A DNA stretch of 7,066 nt, taken from IMG/VR virus record IMGVR_UViG_2534682060_000010; one strand, written 5' to 3'. The position numbers and the translations under genes were made by a program. This document shows positions 1-5,746 of the stretch, one piece after another. Positions within the stretch are counted from its first letter, which is position 1. Every line of letters starts with the position of its first letter. Under the pieces are notes generated by a model, which was not told where the DNA came from, made no database searches, and saw only the letters and a list, made by a program, of their open reading frames with translations. The stretch is from a virus. Taxonomy: Duplodnaviria; Heunggongvirae; Uroviricota; Caudoviricetes.

Positions 1-79
1 GTAGCAGACCTGCAATCAGCCCAACACCTCCACCAGCCCATACATCAGGTGACCCCAGTTCAGGAGGGAGATTTACCAT
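1..79 (-). CDS. Possible 5' end of a minus-strand gene running off the left edge (visible N-terminus MVNLPPELGSPDVWAGGGVGLIAGLL)
   Basis: ATG at 79-77 on the minus strand, AAGGA Shine-Dalgarno (complement of 86-90) 6 nt upstream, frame open to position 1. Gly-rich hydrophobic N-terminus. First 80 nt are 43/80 G+C by my count, visibly richer than the rest. Plus-strand frame 1 is also open over 1-141, so the strand call is uncertain. Confidence 0.25.
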   Translation of the reverse strand, partial: MVNLPPELGSPDVWAGGGVGLIAGLL

Positions 80-93
80 TAGCTTTCCTTGTA

Positions 94-191
94 AGACGCT
101 CTCAATCGCATCCTGACACAAAACAGTACCTGACCTTATAGTTGACCTGAAGAGTCCGCTTAACTCGTTACAGAGCGATTGAAGAGGTCTG
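94..191. repeat. Structured repeat, copy A: left arm 94-124, unique 35-nt core 125-159, right arm 160-191
   Basis: Arms are near-identical to copy B (27/31 and 30/32 by manual alignment). Right arm is an imperfect reverse complement of the left arm, including a perfect 9-bp CTCAATCGC/GCGATTGAG pairing. Confidence 0.8.
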
Positions 192-262
192 TGTGCAATG
201 CAATAACCATGTGACCAAATACATAGCCACGCCTTTTCTATTTTTCCCTCTCTCATAGAACC

Positions 263-292
263 ATTATATCACAGATGTTAATAAAATGTTAA
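263..292 (-). promoter_or_regulatory. Sigma70-like promoter on the minus strand, firing leftward
   Basis: On the minus strand: -35 TTAACA (complement of 287-292), 18-nt spacer, extended -10 TGaTATAAT (complement of 263-271). Back-to-back with the plus-strand promoter at 299. Confidence 0.45.
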
Positions 293-298
293 AAATAC

Positions 299-337
299 TT
301 GACATTAGTCTTTGAAAATGCTAGTATTGTATATATA
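299..337 (+). promoter_or_regulatory. Sigma70-like promoter P1 for the 185/92/66-aa operon
   Basis: -35 TTGACA 299-304, 17-nt spacer, -10 TAGTAT 322-327, immediately followed by TGTATATATA 328-337. Same architecture as the promoter at 2007. Confidence 0.55.
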
Positions 338-378
338 AGTTAACAGAATAATAACATCTTATGAGGGTCAGAACATGA

Positions 379-936
379 ATGAGAGACGCAGAATTTAGAG
401 CGATGCTTCAGGCATCGAGACAACGTAACAGATACAACTCCTACAGCTACACAGACACCCCCACCAGCTACGAATTACCCAAGCTCACCCAAAAAGAACG
501 CAAAGGCATTGACGAAGTAATTCGGGCAATTACACCGAGGAACCGTTACATGCCAACACGCAAAACAACAAAGAACAGCATCAGGAATTATCTGGCTAGC
601 TTTGACAGCTACGCGCAACTACCGAGCAAGCTTGATGATATTTTTATTGGATTTTGCAGAAGCGAGGGTCACCAGAAATACAATCAGAAGGTTTTTTATT
701 TACTGCGAAGTCTTGATGAAATTAACTCAGCCACCGTGACAAATCATCTTCAGCGTCAAGCAACCAGACTTAGCCATGAATTACCAAGCGATAAATATTG
801 CGCTTTGCTTGCTGTAATGTGCGCAAAGTTAATTGGTGTTGTTGAGCATCATATTGCCGCTGGAAATATTGAGACAATGGAAAACGAGCAACCAGATTTC
901 GAGTTTGACCCGTATTTAGTTACAGAGGAATTTTAA
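379..936 (+). CDS. Hypothetical protein, 185 aa, basic N-terminal region
   Basis: Long ORF in AT-rich DNA; GAGGG 364-368 upstream of ATG 379; in-frame TGA immediately upstream; stop TAA abuts the next start. No motif recognised. Confidence 0.8.
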   Translation: MRDAEFRAMLQASRQRNRYNSYSYTDTPTSYELPKLTQKERKGIDEVIRAITPRNRYMPTRKTTKNSIRNYLASFDSYAQLPSKLDDIFIGFCRSEGHQKYNQKVFYLLRSLDEINSATVTNHLQRQATRLSHELPSDKYCALLAVMCAKLIGVVEHHIAAGNIETMENEQPDFEFDPYLVTEEF

Positions 937-1215
937 ATGAAGAAACACACTTTGACCCGTATTTCAGAGGAAGCTTTTAACGAGCTTACCAGAATTAAAC
1001 GAGCTACTAACTTGCCTCATCAAACTGTTATGCAGCTTGCAATCTCTAAAGTGGTCACTGAGTCGGATTTACTTAGATATCCAGTCTCTAAAGGCCGCAA
1101 ACACATCCGAATTACTCAGGACGCTTTAGATACTTTGAAGGGACTAAACAACTTTAAAATTGATATTGCCCGTCTAATGAGTATCAAAATTCACAAATTA
1201 GCGATGGAGGTTTAA
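937..1215 (+). CDS. Putative ribbon-helix-helix DNA-binding protein with two RHH-like repeats, 92 aa
   Basis: Starts directly after the previous stop (TAA 934-936, ATG 937). Residues ~5-38 (TLTRISEEAFNELTRIKRATNLPHQTVMQLAISKV) and ~56-88 (HIRITQDALDTLKGLNNFKIDIARLMSIKIHKL) each follow a beta-strand/helix/helix pattern typical of Arc/CopG/MetJ-type folds. Assignment is by pattern only. Confidence 0.75.
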   Translation: MKKHTLTRISEEAFNELTRIKRATNLPHQTVMQLAISKVVTESDLLRYPVSKGRKHIRITQDALDTLKGLNNFKIDIARLMSIKIHKLAMEV

Positions 1216-1415
1216 TGCTATGCGTTACCTTTGAATACCACACGGATAAAATGATTCGCTACATCTCCGACCTCCTGATTGAAGGAAACGGATTCGGTGA
1301 CATCCATAACTCAAAAGATATCTTCATTCACGCCACCAGCCCAAGCGAAACATTAAAAACAGCAGTTACAACGGAATGGTTTGAACGAAATAAAGTAGAA
1401 TTAGGCTATTGGTAG
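1215..1415 (+). CDS. Hypothetical protein, 66 aa
   Basis: TAATG overlap with the upstream gene (stop 1213-1215, start 1215-1217); GGAGG 1206-1210. No motif recognised. Confidence 0.6.
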   Translation: MLCVTFEYHTDKMIRYISDLLIEGNGFGDIHNSKDIFIHATSPSETLKTAVTTEWFERNKVELGYW

Positions 1416-1451
1416 TCCGAGACTTTAAGAGAAATTAGAAAAACAGCTTCT

Positions 1452-1571
1452 CAGACGCTCTCAATCGCATTCTAACGCAAAAAACTATCTTATTTTAGGG
1501 TGGGAATACCACTGTACAGGCTACCCCTGAAAAAGACTATTTAGCTCGTTACAGAGCGATTGAGGAGGTCT
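1452..1571. repeat. Structured repeat, copy B: left arm 1452-1482, unique 56-nt core 1483-1538 (contains palindrome CTGTACAG), right arm 1539-1571
   Basis: Same arms, order and orientation as copy A; core unrelated in sequence and length. Lies between the 66-aa gene stop and the 107-aa gene ribosome-binding site. Confidence 0.8.
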
Positions 1572-1593
1572 GGTAAAAAGGAGATTTTAGGAA

Positions 1594-1917
1594 ATGAACA
1601 ACTTCCCATTACAAATTTTCGTTGATAACGACGCCGCTCTGATGATTCAGGCTTTCACTGATGCAGGTGTGGCAATTGATTTTGACAGGCTGTTAAAGCT
1701 AGTTGCTGAGAACTCAGAAGTAATTGAAGATTTTATTCAGGGAATTGAAACTGGTGAACCACGTTTTATGTTTCCCGTTACCGACTCAAACATGAAAAGG
1801 CTTGTTATCGAAGAAACGAATAAATACAGCATTAGCCCTGAAAAATATCTCAAGGCGGCTATAGTAATTTTGTATAGCGACAGTATTTTGGTGACGGATT
1901 CGAAGGTGGTGCATTAA
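1594..1917 (+). CDS. Hypothetical acidic protein, 107 aa
   Basis: AAAAAGGAG 1575-1583 precedes ATG 1594. By my count 17 Asp+Glu against 9 Lys+Arg. No motif recognised. Confidence 0.75.
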   Translation: MNNFPLQIFVDNDAALMIQAFTDAGVAIDFDRLLKLVAENSEVIEDFIQGIETGEPRFMFPVTDSNMKRLVIEETNKYSISPEKYLKAAIVILYSDSILVTDSKVVH

Positions 1918-1982
1918 TGGTATTGGTGATTATCTGTTTTGTATTGATTGGTATGATTGCAGGTGCATCTATTAAAGTATAA
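1917..1982 (+). CDS. Candidate micro-ORF encoding a 21-aa hydrophobic peptide (MVLVIICFVLIGMIAGASIKV), not in the supplied ORF track
   Basis: ATG overlaps the upstream stop (TAATG at 1915-1919); AAGGTGG 1902-1908 lies 8 nt upstream; peptide is almost entirely hydrophobic with one Lys near the C-terminus; stop TAA 1980-1982. Confidence 0.3.
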   Translation: MVLVIICFVLIGMIAGASIKV

Positions 1983-2006
1983 ATGTTACCAATCTGTTAA
2001 AAGCTG

Positions 2007-2046
2007 TTGACAAATAACCTTGAGCATGACATAATTGTATATATAT
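2007..2046 (+). promoter_or_regulatory. Sigma70-like promoter P2, paralogous to P1
   Basis: -35 TTGACA 2007-2012, 17-nt spacer, -10 CATAAT 2030-2035, followed by TGTATATATA 2036-2045. Confidence 0.6.
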
Positions 2047-2210
2047 GGAGAGCAATTCTCCTTGAATTAAACTATTAATCATCTCTACATCGATGATAAC
2101 TATATTCTGAATTGGAAAGTGCAATGCTTTTCGCTACATGACCTCTTATATAACTTGAGAGGTCATCTCGAAAAGTCTTTGTTCATTTGAATCCTTTAGA
2201 TGCTACCTTT

Positions 2211-2238
2211 GCCCTAATCATGAGTTAGGGCTTTCTTT
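2211..2238 (+). terminator. Intrinsic-terminator-like hairpin T1 inside the long leader
   Basis: Stem GCCCTAA (2211-2217) / TTAGGGC (2225-2231), 7-nt loop, then TTTCTTT (2232-2238). Confidence 0.45.
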
Positions 2239-2307
2239 AAGAGTTTTTAAACAGAGCTTTTAAAGAAAGTTTTCCTGAAACTTCGTTAACGTTATAAGCA
2301 AACCTCC

Positions 2308-2340
2308 AAAGCCCTTCACAGATTACGTTTAGGGCTTTTT
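2308..2340 (+). terminator. Weaker terminator-like hairpin T2, related to T1
   Basis: Stem AAAGCCCT (2308-2315) / AGGGCTTT (2331-2338), 15-nt loop, T-run 2336-2340. Shares the 3' half TTAGGGCTTT with T1. Confidence 0.3.
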
Positions 2341-2456
2341 CAATTCATAAAAGCACACTTGGCAAGTTCTTGTTCAGTCAGACTCTTCACCTCTGATTGC
2401 TGAGTGTGCTTCTACGAATTTGAAAATAAGCAATTACACTAAAGAGGTGAAAAATA

Positions 2457-3197
2457 ATGTCTATCCGTGATGAACATGAAGCGATTGTTGATAGAAAACC
2501 TTGTGCATATGATTTGCATTTTACTGATGAAGGAGATGAGTATGCACATATGAAACCTTATCACAAAATTATTGCCAAGCTTGCAGATGAAGAGGCCAAA
2601 AAAGAAAGGCTACGAAAGATTGTTCCAGCCAATAATCTTGAATTTATCAATCCTGAGCCTCTGGAAATGACTGATGTTTGCAAGACAGAAGCTCTGATTG
2701 CACTTGAGAGGAGGTACTATCCACTACTAAAAGAGCAGCGCATCAAGCTTGATAATGCTTATGATGTTGTCAAGAACTTCGAAGAAACTCAGAAACCTTC
2801 AGAATATGATATTGAATATGAGCTTAAGACAAACCCGTTTATCTATTACGAAGGAAATTACAACAATGGTTTCGGTACAGCAAGAGAGAATGTTCCAAAA
2901 GTGCTTCAAAGTATTCCTGACGGTTTTCGATTAATAGATGTCAGACAAGCTCCACGTGGCACAGGCTCATATATCCTGATGACTAACAAAACAGACGAAG
3001 AGATTATTCAGTTGGTTGAGGCTAATTTGACTAAGCATTACTCCGATAAGCTGGACAAGTTAAAGCAAAAGCTTAAAAAAGAGCTTGATACTATGAAAGA
3101 GCTTGTTAGTGAATATGAGTCGCAGAAGAAGGTTGCTATGCAGGGTGATATTGAGCAGCTTACTAAGATTTCTCAGAAATACAGCAAAGCACTTTGA
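2457..3197 (+). CDS. Hypothetical protein, 246 aa, charged and probably coiled-coil at the C-terminus
   Basis: AGAGGTGA 2442-2449 upstream of ATG 2457; long ORF. No Walker or catalytic motif seen. Confidence 0.85.
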   Translation: MSIRDEHEAIVDRKPCAYDLHFTDEGDEYAHMKPYHKIIAKLADEEAKKERLRKIVPANNLEFINPEPLEMTDVCKTEALIALERRYYPLLKEQRIKLDNAYDVVKNFEETQKPSEYDIEYELKTNPFIYYEGNYNNGFGTARENVPKVLQSIPDGFRLIDVRQAPRGTGSYILMTNKTDEEIIQLVEANLTKHYSDKLDKLKQKLKKELDTMKELVSEYESQKKVAMQGDIEQLTKISQKYSKAL

Positions 3198-3221
3198 TTA
3201 TGAATTAAGAAGAGGTGATTA

Positions 3222-3431
3222 ATGTTTGAAGAACGTTTAGAGACTATTCGGTCTGTTTGTGAAAACCTAAAGTTACAAACTAAACCAGCCTTAAGAATTA
3301 AAAACAAACGTCAAGTTATCACCTTACACAAACCAAAAACACGCAAGATTCCAAAGTGGTGCATTGACCGTATTCCTTCTGATGCTCAAATCATAGGTGA
3401 AACGGAATTACATTATCTTGTCAGGCATTAA
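3222..3431 (+). CDS. Hypothetical small basic protein, 69 aa
   Basis: GAGGTG 3213-3218 upstream of ATG 3222. By my count 15 Lys+Arg against 8 Asp+Glu. Same frame as the upstream gene but separated by three in-frame stops. Confidence 0.6.
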   Translation: MFEERLETIRSVCENLKLQTKPALRIKNKRQVITLHKPKTRKIPKWCIDRIPSDAQIIGETELHYLVRH

Positions 3432-3478
3432 AAAAATTGGTTGGGTATATGAGATAGGTTCTATCGAATCTATAGTAC

Positions 3479-3519
3479 GGGAGAGATTATCGAGTGGCAT
3501 CGGTAGCTCTCCCTTTTTT
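3479..3519 (+). terminator. Intrinsic terminator
   Basis: Stem GGGAGAG (3479-3485) / CTCTCCC (3507-3513), 21-nt loop, then TTTTTT (3514-3519). Ends 20 nt before the tape-measure start codon. Confidence 0.6.
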
Positions 3520-3539
3520 GTATGAGGTGAATATGAACA

Positions 3540-5588
3540 ATGAGCAAATTTACAGTTGATAGTTTTATTGTTGAGCTAGGCTTCAATGAAAACGTTATTA
3601 AGGGACTGCAAAGAGTTGAAAAGGCAGCTTTGCAGTCAGCACAAAGAATTGAAAAGAACCTAAATAAAGGTTTCAGGATAAATACAAAACAGCTTGATAG
3701 TAATTTGACAAGTTCTTTAAAGTCAATGGAAGGAAAAATTAATAAGACCTTTGACCGTCTGGAAGCTAGAGCAAAAAATACTAAAGCTTTCCGTTTCACA
3801 AGTCAGGTTAATGATGCTATTAATCCTCCAAAACAATCAAAGCCAAGAAGAGTTACTAGTGACCGAGCTATTACAGCGGCTTATTCAGCGAATATGACCA
3901 AACTGAAAGGTCTTAACCCAATTGTCGAGAAATACATTAAGAGTCAGTTTTACGCATTAAGTAGTAAAGCTGGTCAGATGGATAACACCAAGTTTAATGA
4001 AGCCCTTGCTAAACTAAATTCAAGTGTACGAGAAGCAATCACTAAAGCCAGAGGTCATACATCCACCAGCATTAATAGTGACAAAGCAGCTAGTTCTCTT
4101 GATAGTCTGTCTTCAGCAGCATTTAGAGCAGCAGGTGCATTTATCAGCTTTCAGGCTGTACTATCCGCTTATCAGCGAGTACTGGAAGTTGGTTTACAGC
4201 GTACATCATCGGAAAGAAGTATTGATTTCGTATTCGGTGACCAAAGTACACAGGTTAAAAAGTTCATTCAGGATTTAACTCAAGTCACGGGTATGGACAC
4301 GACCGAAACACAAGCTCAGTTTGCCTCATTCGGTGCATCTGCAAAGAATACGATGGGTCTTGAAGGCTCAGAGGAATTATTTAAAAACTTAACTGGATAT
4401 GCCCGTCTAATGGGGCGTTCAGATGAGCAGATTCAAAGAGCATTAACCGCAGTATCGCAGATGGCTTCTAAGGGGCAGGTGATGTCTGAGGAGTTGAAGG
4501 GGCAATTATCTGAAGCTTTACCGGGTGCTACTCAGGCATTTGCAAAGGCTTTAGGTCTGACTGAAAAACAGCTTTTCGATAAGATGAAAAATGGTGATGT
4601 TAAAGCCTCTGATGCACTCCCTAAGTTTGCTAAAGAACTTGGTGCACAGATTAATTCAAGAGGTGGCTGGAAAGCTATTCAGGACTCTACGCAGACAATG
4701 TTAGGGAACTTAAAGAATACCTGGAATAACTCATTAACGGATATTTTCAAAGGTTCTGAAAATGGTCTGCAAGATTTTACACGAAGCTTAACAACGCTTT
4801 TAAATAGTTTAGATGGAAGTGGTAAAACATTAGGTGAAAGTCTTGGTGGCTTGATGAGTGATATGTCATATGGTATCGATAACCTGACTTATATTAGTTA
4901 CAGGGTGAGAGCGTTCTTTGATGAGGTGACATTAGCTTATCGTGGTTTAACCGATGAACAAAAGAAAGTTGTTGATGCTTTAGGTTCTGGCTTGATTAAT
5001 AGTTTAAAAGTCTTGGCTGGTGTTATTGCTGTAAATAAAGTTGTTGGTGTAACTAGAAGTATTTACGGGCTTATGACTGCTATCACAAGATTAGGTCAGG
5101 TCGCTGATACTACAGCAGATAACGTAAATAAAAAGAACGGGAAACCATCAAGGTTTAATCTTGGGAATATGCTATTAACTGGTAGTGCAATCTATGCAGG
5201 TTATGAGAGATTAGCTTCTACGCCTGAACGAATGGAAGCACAAGCTAAATTACCAGAGCTAGCTAAAGAGTCTGGACTTAAACCCGCTTTCACTATGGAT
5301 GATGTTAAAGGGTGGTTTAATAGTGCTGCCATGAATCTTGCTAACTTCCAGCATCCAGAATTAAACAACATTAAGCAAGATTCAGCATTAACGAGTGCAG
5401 ATATCCAAAGCCTGAGAGATGAAATCTCCGCTTTGAGTAAACGTATTCAGGAGCCTGTGAAAGTTTCACTTGGTGGTGAAGTTGCCATTAAACCAGATGA
5501 AACCAGCTTTATGACCTTTAGCGGTAATATCTACGACCAATACGCAGAAGCTACGCTATTAAGTTCATCATTCCCAGAAGATGATTGA
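3540..5588 (+). CDS. Phage tail tape-measure-like protein, 682 aa
   Basis: GAGGTG 3524-3529 upstream of ATG 3540. Internal segment KGQVMSEELKGQLSEALPGATQAFAKALGLTEKQLFDKMKNGDVKASDALPKFAKELG fits, from memory, the conserved tape-measure domain pattern. Long helical low-complexity N-terminal half and a hydrophobic segment LINSLKVLAGVIAVNKVVGV. Confidence is high that this is a gene, moderate for the product. Confidence 0.7.
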   Translation: MSKFTVDSFIVELGFNENVIKGLQRVEKAALQSAQRIEKNLNKGFRINTKQLDSNLTSSLKSMEGKINKTFDRLEARAKNTKAFRFTSQVNDAINPPKQSKPRRVTSDRAITAAYSANMTKLKGLNPIVEKYIKSQFYALSSKAGQMDNTKFNEALAKLNSSVREAITKARGHTSTSINSDKAASSLDSLSSAAFRAAGAFISFQAVLSAYQRVLEVGLQRTSSERSIDFVFGDQSTQVKKFIQDLTQVTGMDTTETQAQFASFGASAKNTMGLEGSEELFKNLTGYARLMGRSDEQIQRALTAVSQMASKGQVMSEELKGQLSEALPGATQAFAKALGLTEKQLFDKMKNGDVKASDALPKFAKELGAQINSRGGWKAIQDSTQTMLGNLKNTWNNSLTDIFKGSENGLQDFTRSLTTLLNSLDGSGKTLGESLGGLMSDMSYGIDNLTYISYRVRAFFDEVTLAYRGLTDEQKKVVDALGSGLINSLKVLAGVIAVNKVVGVTRSIYGLMTAITRLGQVADTTADNVNKKNGKPSRFNLGNMLLTGSAIYAGYERLASTPERMEAQAKLPELAKESGLKPAFTMDDVKGWFNSAAMNLANFQHPELNNIKQDSALTSADIQSLRDEISALSKRIQEPVKVSLGGEVAIKPDETSFMTFSGNIYDQYAEATLLSSSFPEDD

Positions 5589-5600
5589 TAATAGTCGAAT

Positions 5601-5657
5601 GCTACGTGAATAAAGCAAAGTTAATACCCACACTAAAAAATTATTTTTCACGTAGCT
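5601..5657. repeat. Perfect 10-bp inverted repeat GCTACGTGAA / TTCACGTAGC with a 37-nt spacer
   Basis: Arms at 5601-5610 and 5648-5657 are exact reverse complements; located in the AT-rich gap between the tape-measure gene and the next gene. Confidence 0.7.
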
Positions 5658-5746
5658 CACGCTTAATAGAGAAAACACTTATATATTAAAGGATTAGTTA
5701 AAAATAGTTAAAATACACTAAGCCTTTGAAATCAAAGGAGAATTTA

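Noticed and set aside
1-141. Plus-strand frame-1 ORF open from the window edge to TAG at 139-141
   Set aside because: It would end inside repeat copy A and has no independent support; the minus-strand start at 79 has an ATG, a Shine-Dalgarno and an upstream promoter. Neither can be excluded from 26-46 codons.
94-1571. Retron msr/msd RNA as the explanation for the repeat elements
   Set aside because: Retron ncRNAs are flanked by inverted repeats, but no reverse-transcriptase gene (no YxDD-type motif in any ORF) is in the window.
2749-2934. 61-aa plus-strand ORF from the track
   Set aside because: Fully nested out of frame inside the 246-aa gene, with low-complexity composition and no ribosome-binding site; likely a chance ORF.
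3075-3431. Programmed -1 frameshift chaperone pair (G/GT-like) formed by the 246-aa and 69-aa ORFs
   Set aside because: The two ORFs are in the same frame separated by three in-frame stops, the 69-aa ORF has its own Shine-Dalgarno and ATG, and the AAAAAAG run at 3075-3081 is not in the slippery register.
3470-3799. 109-aa minus-strand ORF
   Set aside because: Antisense to the terminator and the start of the tape-measure gene; Phe/Leu/Ser-rich composition typical of antisense frames in AT-rich DNA.
4024-4278. 84-aa plus-strand ORF from the track
   Set aside because: Nested out of frame inside the tape-measure gene; likely a chance ORF.
5726-5746. TTG start for the 5747 gene, as given in the track
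   Set aside because: The Shine-Dalgarno AAAGGAG (5733-5739) lies downstream of this TTG and at ideal spacing for ATG 5747.
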